Below, piece by piece: positions 11,232 to 23,611 of a DNA stretch of 64,000 nt; the stretch's first letter is position 1; every line of letters begins with the position of its first letter. The translations under genes were made by a program, and so were the position numbers. Source of the stretch: Okamejei kenojei (Eukaryota); the NCBI GenBank assembly GCA_035221665.1, contig CM069152.1, forward strand, positions 19,716,001 to 19,780,000, in the 5' to 3' direction. Below the pieces are notes generated by a model, which saw nothing but the letters and a program-made list of their open reading frames with translations, searched no databases and was not told the DNA's origin.

Positions 11232-13478
11232 GGCGGCATGGGTTCAGTGGGACTTGAACAGGTCCAGTGGAACTGAGGAACCATTACCGGTGCTTTAATA
11301 TAATATATCAGGTTATATACTTGAAGGAAATAAATGTTTTCAAAGTCTGACACCCATTAGCAATTAAATGTGTTAATGGCATGTTTGTTGTGGTCAGTAA
11401 TACTGGATCATATGGATGGCAGCAATCTCGCTAATATCTCCATTGACTGATGGAAGTTGGCAGCTGGTATTTAAATGGGTTTCCTTGGACTTTGTGGTTG
11501 AAGATGCCTTGGCCTCTTTCAAATCATTTTTCCTGGTCGATGTTCCACACTTAACTAACATTACTAGAAAGGCAGAAGTAGATAGGTTGTTTATGTTAGT
11601 CTTATTTTGTCGCGTGTTAACCTCGCACCCCAGCTAGGAATGTGGGCCCGAGGGTAATTCATTGCATGTGGATCACCTTCCGAGAGAGTGTGATTAAAGC
11701 GCTATCGAAATGCACGCTTCTTTAGCAGGTTTATGTTCTACAGTGTTGTGCTTTATCGGATATTGTCGAGGAGTTACTTCCAAGGCCGAGACCCCATCGC
11801 GGTAATAGCATCGATTCGCTGTAGGACGCAGATAAATGGAAAGCTGATTCTCTTACACGTGGAATCGTTGCTGGACCTCTTGTGTCGTTTCGATGTCATA
11901 AAGAGGAAGCTGTGATGAGGACAATGTCGGATGGAGTGTAGATTGTCGGAGTTTTTCCACTGAGCACTCTTGTATACATACACGTGTTGGTCCAGGCTAA
12001 GTGGTCGCCATTCGGACTCCGATTCAGACCAAGTGTAACCCGAAGGCCCGAGACATGATCAGGAGCAGAACTTCTGCAGTACACAGAAGCTCCTTGTACC
12101 GCGGTTCCGCCTTGACAGAGTTGTCCGAGTTGAGGCGCCCAAAGGAGCCTGTGTTTATAGGGACAGGCTGTGAAGAAACATTCGGCCGCGATTCCCACCT
12201 CACTGCACACCCAGGGAATTGCCCTTGCAAAGTAGAGTGGAGCATGTGAAGTAACTTTGCTTTAAGTTATGTTTTAAGGTTTAATTTTGCAACAAAAAAA
12301 AAAGCCTCGCACTTAATACGATTATTGGCTGCCTCATAAACTGCGCCGCCAGTGCTGTGACTATCAGCACAGACAGTCGGTCTCCTCACCACAGCTCCCA
12401 CCGTTCGCGGCATTCAAGCCATGTGCGCCGCCAACGCGTGTAACTGTCTTGAAAGATTCATTTTAGTTTCACCCCGCTGGTGCCTCTGCCCGTCACCTGT
12501 TGTCACTGGTTTGTTTTGGAACCACGACAGCATTACATCTGTTTCTCTGCTGCTGAGCCAGTACATCTGGTCATGGCCGGTGCATCACTCTCCCCACAGC
12601 CCCTCCAGCAACGCCGCTGCTCTGTGCAAAAAAAACTATTAGTGTTACCAGAGCAGAGGATCTTTTGTTGCCTTTTTGTTTCAGATATTAATTTGTGCAC
12701 TGTGATGTAGACATTTGTTTTGTGTTCTACATCAATTGCAGCCATGTAGAATGAACAAACTAGCAGTGCGAGTATTTGATGCATGTGCTGTGTTCATTCT
12801 ACAGCTTTGTGCTGCTCAGTACATGTTATGGTTTATTCTATGTGTACGTGATGCTGCAGCAAGCAAGATTTTCATTGTACCTGCACCTTACCGCACTTGT
12901 GCATATGATAAATGAACGCCGACTGACTTATTTGCATCTCTAACTTCCCCTCCCACTTCAGCAGCTGCGAACGCGCCGAAGTTTTGGGAAGGGATGGAAT
13001 GAATTATATCAATGGGATTTGCTCCGTAGCTCCACGCAGATGGTTTTCAGTTGCGTGGGCATGAATCCTGTGCTATGTCGGCATTAATGCGCCCCCCCCC
13101 CCCCCCCTCCCTCTCGGGAGCAAATCGCCCAAACTCCACTCATAATGCATTGAGGCAGCGGCAGCAGATTGCTCGAACAGTCTGCTGTGGAATCGAATTA
13201 CCCGTCATTCGAAGTGCTGGGTGTACGCTGCTCGGAAAGGGTAAATTCGACGAGTTTGCAAAGTTGAGCAGTGTTGGCCTCGAATTACTGTGTACTCCTG
13301 CGTGTCCACCATCTAATAGGGTGCAACGGGGCGTGGAACAAAGGAAGGTTTGCATTGATTCTCATCGTCCCAGCTTGAACCAATGACATACTTTTAGAAA
13401 TAATTGTAAAGTAGACACCGCCACAGCCAATTCATTCACATTGCTCCAATAGACAGCGATGCCAAAGTCCAGTGACCA

Positions 13479-13765
13479 GGGCGGCACAGTGGCGCAGCTG
13501 CTGGAGCCTCTAGCTCACACCACCAGAGACCTGGGTCCGATCCTGACCTCAAGTGCGGTGTGTGTGGAGTTTGCACGTTCTCCTTCAGACCGCGTGTGTT
13601 TCCTCCAGGGGTGCCCCGGTTTCCTTCCACATCCCACACATGTAGATTAATTGGTCTGTAAATTGCCCCGATTGGGTAGGAGATCCGAGATGGATGAGGA
13701 AGTGGGAAAACATGGAACTAGTGTGAACAAGTGATCGATGGTTATGTGTGGACTCAGTGGGCTAC
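13479..13765 (+). mobile_element. HE1-type V-SINE
   Basis: GGGCGGCACAGTGGCGCAGC head, GTGTGGAGTTTGCACGTTCTCC core, CTGTAAATTGCCCC, GTGGACTCAGTGGGC. Confidence 0.88.
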
Positions 13766-14097
13766 AGTGCTTGCAAAATGCATGTCCCCGACCAGCTGAC
13801 AGAGCAGAGAAAGTTTCTGTGGGACAATTCACACAGCAGACACCCGCCTGACACCTTCCACGGCGGTACACTGGAGATTTGTATCTATCTACTCAACGAT
13901 CGGAAACGGGCGTGGCTGGAAAGGCTAGTGTTTATTGCTCAACCCCACTTACCGTTGAACCATGCCTGGAGTCGCTGAACTCCAGCTCCTTCCGTGAAGG
14001 AAAGTTGTCTTCGTGGTGATCCCACAATGACTGCTTTGAAAATCCAAATGGTTAACTGAGTTCAAATGCTACAGCCCCCAAGCCTGTGGTTTACTCC

Positions 14098-14255
14098 GAA
14101 ATGCTGGAGTAACTCAGCGGCTCGGGCGTCACATTGGCAGAACATGAATGGGCGACGTTTCGGTCTGAAGTAGGGTCCCGACCCAGAGCGTCACCTATCC
14201 GTGTTCTCCAGAGATGCTGCCCCACCTGCTCAGTTACCCCAACACGTTGTGTTTA
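14098..14255. mobile_element. Palindromic Penelope pLTR-derived unit
   Basis: ATGCTGGAGTAACTCAGCGG...GGCGACGTTTCG followed by the opposite-orientation copy GTCTGAAGTAGGGTCCCGACCC...GAGATGCTGC...GTTACCCCAACAC. Confidence 0.8.
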
Positions 14256-15384
14256 TTTGTGGTTTACGCGATCGGTAAATTAACCGTCGCATCACCAGCC
14301 TACCCACCCTGGGACATGAGCTTCTTTCTATAGTGGGATTCCAGACCCAAGCCCATTGTGTCAGAGATGAGAGACATGGACCTGCGCCACTGAACCGTGC
14401 TCCTGAATGATGTATTAAGTTGGAGATCACAGTTAGGATGAGCATTGCTCTTGGGGATGTCAGTACGAATCTACAAAGAGGCCAGAACCCATTATTAAGG
14501 TGCACAAAGCTGCGGCGATGGAATTCATCGCCTGTAAGTCTGAAATAGTTTGTTTTGGATCAAACGAATGCAATTCGGAGTTTGGTCGCAAAATGAGTGA
14601 AAGAAGAAAGCGTCCTTTTTCACAACGGTACACTCCAAATCTCAACATTAACCAGATCTTCTTGGATTTGGAGCATTGTGATGTTAGCCAATGTGGGCAA
14701 GTTGAGCCGAGGGGCCTGTTTCCACGTTAGACTCTATGACTATATGATACGAAGGGAAGCAAGTAAAATGCAGGTGGTGAAATGGGCACTTGGAGATGAA
14801 TAGTTTACCACAGGTGTGGGCTGTGTTCTGATGTAAGTTCGCATTTGTAACAGCGGGCGAGGGAGATGTGCTATGCTTTATCCCCGAAGGGGGCCGCATG
14901 TAATGGTTGTTGGGATGAAGAGATATGGGATGTTTAACGAGTTGAGCTTGGGAGCAAGAGCTGTCCATAAATGTCTAATTAAAAATCTTATCATCGAAAA
15001 TTGTTAATGTTTAGTGTGGGCGTTGCTTACATAAGGATCCGTGCGAAAACAAAATGTTGATACTGGGAGCTGAAGTAGGCCGCAATATGAGGAGCGGTTG
15101 GACCGGCAGAGCTCGACCCTCGGGCGACTTCCGCAGCGCTAGTAGCCTGGCATTAACCGCGAGCAAGATTCACTTCAGAACATTGCTTATCTATCTCCCC
15201 CCCCACCCCACCACCCCCTTTCGCTTTTAGCCCCTTTCTTCCACCTGTGTCCAGATATAAATTCATGTCTGCAGTCCATCCCAGCGACCCTAAATGCTCG
15301 GACTTGCCTGCACCACTCAACCGCCTGAAGCCAGATTTCCCAGTTAACTTTTATTTTAGCCTGAAACCGGAAGATAGGTCCACG

Positions 15385-15440
15385 ATAGACACACAATGCT
15401 GGAGTAAGTCAGCGGGCCAGGCAGCATCTCTGGAGAAAAA
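15385..15440 (-). mobile_element. Penelope pLTR-derived fragment
   Basis: AGACACACAATGCTGGAGTAAGTCAGCGGGCCAGGCAGCATCTCTGGAGA. Confidence 0.75.
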
Positions 15441-16435
15441 AAATTGATCCATTTACCCCGGACCATTCGCTCTGCTCTCCAGGCCACTCTGCCCTCACTT
15501 CCTAACCCATTCACCAGTTGGGAGGCGGGCAGCGATGCCATCGACATCTCGAACTCCTCCTCAAAGTCAACGCAAAACCAAAGCACCTGTTCATTTATAA
15601 GATATAGGAACGACATGAGAAATAGACGATGGAACAAGCCAGTCGACCCCTCCCACCCAGTGCCATTCGATAACTCCCTGACTTTTAAACTCAGCGCCAC
15701 TTTCCTGCACCAATATCACACCCCTTGAGTCTCTTAATAACTGTGAGTTTTCCATTCCTTGCTTCGAATGGACTGGCGAACCGCTACTCTTCGGGAAAGC
15801 ATTTCGAACATTCGCCCGCTGAAGATATTTCTTCCCATTTCTGTCCAGAATGGCTAAACCAGCGTTTTTTGGTCTATCTCTGGACTGCGACCCGAAACGG
15901 CCAGGGAGGAACCTTATCCCTGTTCCCAAACCTGCCAGGGCCCGGTAACCCGCGCCACGTAACCACTTCATCTGCTCTTGTAGCTTCTGTATTTGCAATT
16001 CCTTACAGAGCTGTCTTTCACACATAATTCTGCACCAGACGGGCTTTTATAGAAGGAGGTATAGAGTGTAGGTTGCTAGGTAACTGATGTAAAGGTTGTG
16101 AAGCCGGTGCTGTTACACGATCGAGCCCCCGCACCCAGACAGCAGCGCTGACAGTCAGGCCCATTCCTCTCCAACCCTCACCGAGTCGAAATATTCAGCT
16201 TTGCCGCCCCATCCAATCCGGTCCAAAACCCGTGAACACTTGTGGTAACTATTAACCCAGCGTCGTGCATCTTAACCGCTCCCGATTCGGGGAAAGGAAC
16301 AAAACAACCTGCATGATTCAGCTCCGAGGGGTTGGCACCGTTCATACGCCTGGCCGCTCCGTTAACCTAAACATGACAGATATGTGGTGCTGAGCCGCTG
16401 CCCACTTCTACTCTTTTCCTCTTCCAGGCCAATCC

Positions 16436-16782
16436 GTCATGAGAGGAATAGATCGGGTAGATGCACAGAGTCTCTTGCCCAGAATAGGCGAATCGATAAC
16501 CAGAGGACACAGGTTTAAGATGAAGTGGAAAAGATTGAATATGAATCTGAGGGGTAACTTTTTCCCACAAAGGGTGGTGGGTGTATGGAACAAGCTGACA
16601 GGGGAGGTAGATGAGGCAGGGACTATCTAAACATTTAAGAAACTGTTAGACAGGTACATGGCTAGGACAGGTTTGGAGGGATATGGACCAAAATCGGGCA
16701 GGTGGGACTAGTGTAGCTGCGACATGTTGGCCGGTGTGGGCAAGTTGGGCCAAAGGGCCTGTTTCCACGCTATCATGCTTTG
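16436..16782 (+). mobile_element. CR1/HER1 LINE 3' fragment
   Basis: MRGIDRVDAQSLLPRIGESITRGHRFK...FPQRVVGVWNKL and 3' end AAGGGCCTGTTTCCAC. Confidence 0.92.
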
Positions 16783-16886
16783 AATCCCCCACCAAGGCAA
16801 GGTGTGTACCATATACCCCACATCTGCTGCAGTCAGAGAATATCAGTATTACCCCAACCTGGCCTCTTGAGGTGTTGCCTGACCCT

Positions 16887-16923
<37 letters not shown>

Positions 16924-17449
16924 ATCCCGCCTGACTCTCTAGCAAATAAACTTCCACTGAGCCACTACTAACTCGGCTTGATGTTCCCGACCACCTGCCC
17001 TCTCCCATCTGCCCTCTCCCACCCAATTCTCCTCCATTCGTTTCATTCCAAATCGTTTTTCCTTTTCATTACTTTATTGTAAAGTTAAAACTTCAAGAAA
17101 AAAACAATCCTTTTTATAACCTGTTTCAATAATATTTCCAGTGAAATTTTATTTGACTCTCCTGTCAGCACACTGAACATAGCTCCTGGGAGTACATAAG
17201 AAGTTATCTCATGCTGTTAAATGTGGGGTAATGCTAGCACATTATCCTCACCTCACATCCTCATGCTTGAATTTACAACAGATTTTGCAATGATTCCTTA
17301 GTTCACACTATTTCCATAAGGCAGAGGTACTTTCAGACATGCAGTAATTATTTTCAATGGCACAACACATGTTTGCAAACTGCATGCCAAAAACCAAACA
17401 GATGTTTCACGGTGTTGTAAATTGAACAGCGATTGCATCCTCAATGGGA

Positions 17450-18050
17450 TGTCAGTTGTGACTCAATGAGTAGCATGGTTGCCTTTAGAGTCGGGAGGTT
17501 TAAGTCCCAGGCCTGAGACATCGGCCTATAATCAACATTGATACCCAAAGTACAGTTTAGAGAGAACAATAAAACATTATCATTGACATCTTCCAGACGA
17601 GTGCTGTCTTTACCTCTTGGTCGAATGTAAAACAGCTTTCTCGCACAATTTTGAGCAGTCTTGCCAATATTTATTCATTGAGCAGCACTGAAACATTATC
17701 AAATTGCCATTTCTGTGTATCCTGTGTGTAAATTGATTACCTCACTACCTAAATTCCACTAATGGTTGGCTAAGTGGGTGTAAAGTTCTTTAGAGCATTG
17801 CAGAGGGCACTGTACACTTGCAGGCTTTGTATATGATGGGGCTGTTTTATTTCTGCTTGCTTCCTCGAGAACCTTTATTCTTGCCTGTGCTATGAGGATG
17901 GAAGAATGAGACCAGTCCAAGAAACACGACACAGGAAAATAAACAAGAAGGAAAGAAAAGCAAACATTTCTAATTGCGCTTTTCCTGACCCCGGGACATC
18001 CCAAAATGCTCTACAGTTAATTAAGTACTTCTGAAGTGCTATCAATTGCA
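17450..18050. mobile_element. Old Deu-SINE relics (+ 17450-17760; - 17965-18050)
   Basis: tRNA-like head GTTGTGACTCAATGAGTAGC...TTAAGTCCC, core TTGCCAATATTTATTC, and reverse tail GACATCCCAAAATGCTCTACAG...AAGTACTTCTGAAGTG. Confidence 0.45.
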
Positions 18051-19291
18051 TCCAGGCATATCAAGCATGATATGCAGAGATTACATCTGTCTTTAATCTG
18101 CTCTGAGTTTGCAGAAGCATTACTCATTGTCATAGTATAAGAATTTTCTACCTGCCACATTGACCAACTTAAAACCTCCCTTGAGTGAAGTTGTCAGTTA
18201 GTACCATTTTGCTTTCTGGTACCAACTCTGTTAGCAACTGACTCAAGACGGCCTTTAGCTATCTCAATGCAGGACTGCTCAAGCAAAATCCTGCAGATAC
18301 TGAAAATCTGAAACGGGAACAGAAAGTGGTGCGAATACTTACCAGATCAGACAGCATCCTTGGAGTGAGAAAGAAGAGTTAATGTTTCAGTTTGCTGTCA
18401 GCCGCCTTCAATTTGCACTATTGCTCACAAATTTGGCAATAATTGCCAATCCCTAACGTTCAGTGGTTCAGCTCCTTTCAAGAGGCCAATTTAAGATTCA
18501 ATCATGCAGGTATGGGACTGAAGTCAGAAGGAGGTTTGGACGAGATAAAAGTATCCCTATAGGGCTGACTATTCAGGATCATTTTCACTGATTCCTGGTT
18601 ATTTCTCCCATCCCATCAGTTGGGTTTGAATTCAGATTGAAATTATTTGCATGTTTCTCTCATGTGGTTTCAAGTTTGAAATTGTATCTTGATACTTGTT
18701 GTGATAATGTGCAGTGACTTTGATACCTACTTAATACCAGCTTCCATCATTTACCTCATCCCACAGTGGTGACTGAACCAATTTGTACTCCAGCACTGGC
18801 TTGAAACTACAATTTGGCTGCAGATTCTCTGTTGATTATTACTGGAAAGAAGGCAGTGAATTGATGCAAAAATTGTAGTGCAGTCCATTACATTGATGCG
18901 TATGGCCAACCCATTACAGGAACACAGCTGGTTGAATCCTTGAGGACCAATTGCAATATTAACCCTTTTGATTCAGAACTAAATATTTTACAGATGTCTT
19001 CTACTTGTTGTTCTCTCACTTTCGACATTGTTCCTACTGTTTCATTCCCTGATTAACATGATTCATATTTTGGTTAGAATGTAAATATGATTGATCCTTC
19101 ATGTTCCCTAAATCCTTTGAATATTCAATTCTCTTTTGGACGATAATCCAAAAATAGATCTGATTCCAATGAGAGCAAGAGTAATGTCTGAAGTCCTATT
19201 GGTTTTGGTGTTGGTTTATCATTGTCACGTGTACTGAGAAACAGTGAAATCCTTTGTATTGATGTTTAAGTACCATGTTTAAGTACATCAC

Positions 19292-21514
19292 CTAGTCATA
19301 GTGATACAGTGTGGAAACAGGCCCTTCGGCCCAACTTGGTCAACAATGTCCCAGCTACACAAGTCCCACTTGCCCATGCTTAGTCCACATCCCTCCAAAC
19401 CTGTCCTAGCCATGTACCTGTCTAACTGTTTCTTAAATGTTGGAATAGGCCCAGCCTCAACTACCTCCTCTGTCAGTTTGTTCCATACACCCACCACCCT
19501 TTGTGGGATAAAGTTGCCCCATCGGATTCGTTTTAAATCTTTTCCCCTTTACCTTGAACCTATGTCCTCTTGTCCTCAATTCCCCTACTCTGGGCAAGAG
19601 ACTCTGTGCATCTACCCGATCTATTCCTCTCATGATTTTGTACACCTCTACAAGATCACTCCTCATCCTCCTGCGCTCCATGGAATAGAGACCCAGCCTA
19701 CTCAACCTCTCCCTATAGCTCACACCCTCTAGTCCTGGCAACATCCTCGTAAATATTTGCCTTGACATTATCTTTCCTACAACATGGTGCCCAGAACTGA
19801 ACACAATATTCTAAATGCAGTCTCACCAATGTCTTATTCAACTGCGACATGACCTCCCAACTTCTATGCTCAATACTCTGACTGATGAAGACCAAAGTGC
19901 CAGAAGCCTTTTTGACCACCTTATCTACCTGCGACTCGACCTTCAAGGAACCATGCACGTGTACTCCTAGATCCCTCTGCTCTACAACACTACCCAGAGG
20001 CCTACCATTTACTGTGCAGGTCCTGCCCTTGTTCAACGTCGCAAAATGCAACACCTCACACGTCTCTGTATTAAATTCCATCAACCATTCCTCCGCCCAC
20101 CTGGCCAATTAATCTAGATCCTGCTGCAATCTTTCACAACCATCTTCACGATCTGCAAAACCACTCACTTCTGTATCATCAGCGACCTTGCTAATCTTGC
20201 CCTGTATGTTCTCATCCAAATCATTGATGTAGATGACAAACAGTAACGGGCCCAGCACTGAACCCTGAGGCACACCACTAGTCACCGGCCTCCAGTCTGA
20301 GAAGCAACCTTCCACCATCACCCTCTGCTTCCTTCCATGGAGCCAATTTGCTATCCATTCAGTTATCTCTCCTTGGATCCCATGCAATCTAACCTTCCAG
20401 AGCATCCTACCATATGGAAATTTGTCAAATGCCTTACTGAAATCCATGTACATAACATCTACCGCTCTGTCCTCATCTACCTTTTTGGTCACATCTTCAA
20501 AAATAAAAATTAGATTTGTGAGATCACACGACCTCCCACATCCAAAACCATGCTGACTATCCCTAATCAGCCCTTGCCCATCCAAATGCCTGTATAACCT
20601 ATCCCTCAGAATACTCTCTAGTAACTTTCCAACTACAGATGTTAAGCTCACAGGCCTATAGTTCCCAGCATTTTCCCTGCAGTCTTTCTTGAAAAGAGGC
20701 ATAACATTTGCCGCCCTCCAGTCTTCCGGCACCTCTTCTGTATTTAAGGATGACTCAACGATTTCCTATCTAATTTCCCGCAATGTCATCAGATGTATCT
20801 GATCAGGCACTGGCGATGTGTCTACATTCATACACGACAGTACATTTAGTACTTCTTCAACGATAACACTCACTGCTCTCAAGACACTTCCACTGACTGC
20901 CTCAAGTTCCTCCGTCTTACTGTCTTTCACCTCGGTAAATACAGAGGTGAAATACTTATTGAGGACCTTGCCCATCTCCTGTGGCTCCACACAGAGGTGA
21001 CCGCCTTGATTCCTGAGAGGTCCCACTCCCTCTCTAGTTACTCTTTTTCCCCCTTGTGTATTTATAAAATCTTTTGTGATTGTCCTTAATGCTACCTGCC
21101 AGAGCTATCTCCTGGCCTCTTTTTGCCCTTTTGATCTCCTTTTTCAGTTTATTTCTTAGCTCCCAATACTCCTCCAGGGATGCACTTGATCCCAGCTGCC
21201 TGTACCTGCCCCATGCATCCTTCTTGTTTTTGACCAATGCCTCAATTTCCCTCGTCAGCCAAGCTTCCTTACGTTTGCCTGCTTTGCCCTTCACTCTAAC
21301 GGGGACGTACATATCTTAAGCTTTCGTCAGCACACTTTTAAAAACATCCTACTTGGCCGATGTTCCTTTCCCCTCAAATAACCTGCTCCAGTCAACTTGA
21401 GCGAGACCTTCTCTCATATCCTTAAAGTTGGCCTTACCGCAGTTGAGCATTTTAACATGTGAACCCTCTCCGTCCCTTTCCATAACTATCTTAAACCTAA
21501 TCGAACTCTGGTCA
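19292..21514 (-). mobile_element. 5'-truncated CR1/HER1 LINE (2.2 kb) with disrupted ORF2
   Basis: Collinear ORF pieces 21349-21514, 21034-21312, 20766-21026, 20109-20732, 19713-20108 and 19288-19804 with CR1 motifs. Confidence 0.96.
20109..20732 (-). pseudogene. CR1 reverse transcriptase core fragment
   Basis: PEDWRAANV.PLFKK, GNYRPVSLTSVVGK, YMDFSKAFDK, SGVPQGSVLGPLLF, KVADD (degenerate FADD). Confidence 0.95.
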
Positions 21515-22329
21515 CTGTGCAACAGAGAAAATAAACAGAATGCAGAATAAAGTGTTACATCTTCAAAAATGCGCAGATTTAAAAAAGTGCAAAAGCCATG
21601 GTAAGGTAGATTGGAAGACTGGAAATTCATTCTTAGCATTTGAGAGATCCATCCAAGTTTGGTAACAGCAGGAAAGAGGCTGTTCTTAAATCCGGTGACA
21701 TGTACTTTCAAGCATTTGTATCTTCTACCTGATGGGAGAGGGAGAAGACAGAATAATTGGGTTAAGTAGTCCTTCTCTGTGTTGGCTGCATTTTGAGGCA
21801 GCAGGAAGTGTAGATGGGGGCATGGGAGGGGTGGTCGATGGACCGGACTGTGCTCAGAACTCCCTGCAATTTCTAGTGATATTGAGCAGAGTAGATGCCG
21901 GACCAAGCTGTGATGCATCTTGGCAAGAGTCATTGGAGACATGCTGACTTTTCTTAGTCTTCTGTGGAAATAGAGACAAGGCTTTGCTTTCTTGGCTGTG
22001 TCATCAAAATGGTTGGGCTGGGTCAAATTGTTGGGGATATTTACACCTAGTAACTTGAAGCTCTCAACCATCTCTATTTTAATGCCATTGATACATACAG
22101 GGGTGTGCATCCAGGTACTTTGTTTTCCAGAAATTGAGGGAGAGGTTGTTGCCTTGCTGACGTACTACTAGGCTCTCTATTGCTTTCCTGTACTGTTTCT
22201 CATCACTGATGATCTGGAACATCAACGTGCTCCAATCTTGGAAATGGATATATAGCAGAATTTGACTGCTCAGTCATTACCATACAGGGAGTATAGTGTG
22301 GGGGAGAACACAGCCTTGCAGGGCACCAA

Positions 22330-22641
22330 TTTAGTTTAGTCTGGTTTAGAGATACAGCGTGGAAATAGATCTTTTGCCCCAGTGATTCCATTCCGACCAG
22401 CGATCCCCGCACATTAACACTATCCCATACATACTAGGGACAATTTACATTTATACCAAGCCAATTAACCGACAAACCTATACTTCTTTGGAGTGTGGGT
22501 GGAAACCGAAGATCTCGGAGAAAACCCATGCGGTCACAGGGAGAACGTACAAAGTCCGTACAGACAGCACCCATAGTCGGGATCGAACCTGCGTCTCTGG
22601 CGCTGTAAGGCAACGTCTCTACCGCTGCACCACCATGCCGC
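22330..22641 (-). mobile_element. HE1 V-SINE nested in the Rex1 LINE
   Basis: (TTTAG)n tail, GATACAGCGTGGAAA, GGAGAAAACCCATGCGGTCAC and head CTACCGCTGCACCACCATGCCG. Confidence 0.92.
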
Positions 22642-22887
22642 TGGTGTTGAAAATTATTTTGGAGGATGTTTTATCACCTATCCTCACTGGTTGCAATCTA
22701 TGGGTCAGGAAGTTAAGTTGGAATTATGGAGTTGAAGGTGCAACTATGGTTAATCAATGGAAGTCTGACATGCACTGCATGTGTTCCAGTTATTCAGATG
22801 TTCTAGGGATGGGTGTAGGCTAAGGACTATGCTGTCAGCTGTTGACCTATTGCAACAGTAGGGGAATTGCAAAGGATCAAGGCTGCC

Positions 22888-23597
22888 TTTTTTTTTTTTT
22901 TTCAAAATATACTTTATTCGAATGATAAATATATACCATACATTAACCTTGCGGAAAATCCATCTGACATTTTCGGAGGCTGTACAATAGATCAATACAG
23001 TTTAGACATTTCTTTCCCCCAAATTTCCACAAATCATCCCCCACTCTTGAATGTGGACTACAAGATCCCGTCCAAGGCCATCGCCAACCGGGTCAAGTCT
23101 GCTCTGGGACAGGTGATCCACCCGGACCAAACCTGTGCTGTACCTGGCAGGAAAATCTCAGACAGCCTAGCGCTGCTGAGAGATACCATCGCCTACGTGC
23201 AGGACAGACGGGTGGATGCCTGCCTAGTCAGCTTGGACCAGGAGAAGGCCTTCGACAGGATTTCGCACACGTACATGAGGGACGTGCTCTCCAAAATGGG
23301 TTTTGGGGAGGGAATCAGAAATTGGATCAAACTGCTCTACACCAACATCCGTAGTGCAGTCCAAATCAATGGGTGGGAATCAGGACAGTTTCCCTGTAAG
23401 GTCTGGAGTCAGGCAGGGTTGCCCTCTCTCTCCTGTCTTGTTTGTCTGCTGTATTGAACCTTTTGCTGAATCCATCAGGAAGGATGCTGGCATAAGAGGA
23501 GTGACATTGCCAGGCAGTGGGGGCATTCAAGTAAAGACCTCCCTGTACATGGACGATGTCGCTGTCTTCTGCTCGGATCCAGGGTCGGTTCGCAGAC
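22888..23597 (-). mobile_element. Tx1-clade LINE copy B: poly(A) plus ~145 nt of 3' UTR joined to an inverted ~555-bp RT segment
   Basis: T15 at 22888-22902, UTR homologous to ~23625-23773, junction at CACTC (23042-23046), then + strand LLNVDYKI..KAIANRVK..LDQEKAFDRI..GVRQGCPLSP..LYMDD. Confidence 0.92.
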
Positions 23598-23611
23598 CTT
23601 CCCTTAAAGGC

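Larger units (their letters stand above)
400..16400. promoter_or_regulatory. Extended CpG-rich domain (CpG-island / methylation-valley-like)
   Basis: CG, CGCG and GCGC are visibly frequent in unique sequence up to ~16.4 kb and drop sharply after ~17 kb. Estimated by eye, not computed. Confidence 0.65.

Noticed and set aside
12505-12560. Minus-strand frame reading ...DVMLSWFQNKP, resembling homeodomain helix 3
   Set aside because: It lacks the following basic residues (RR.K), the spacing is wrong and helices 1-2 are absent.
21349-22110. 253-aa ORF
   Set aside because: It is a chance read-through joining the Rex1 C-terminus and UTR to a CR1 fragment, not a gene.
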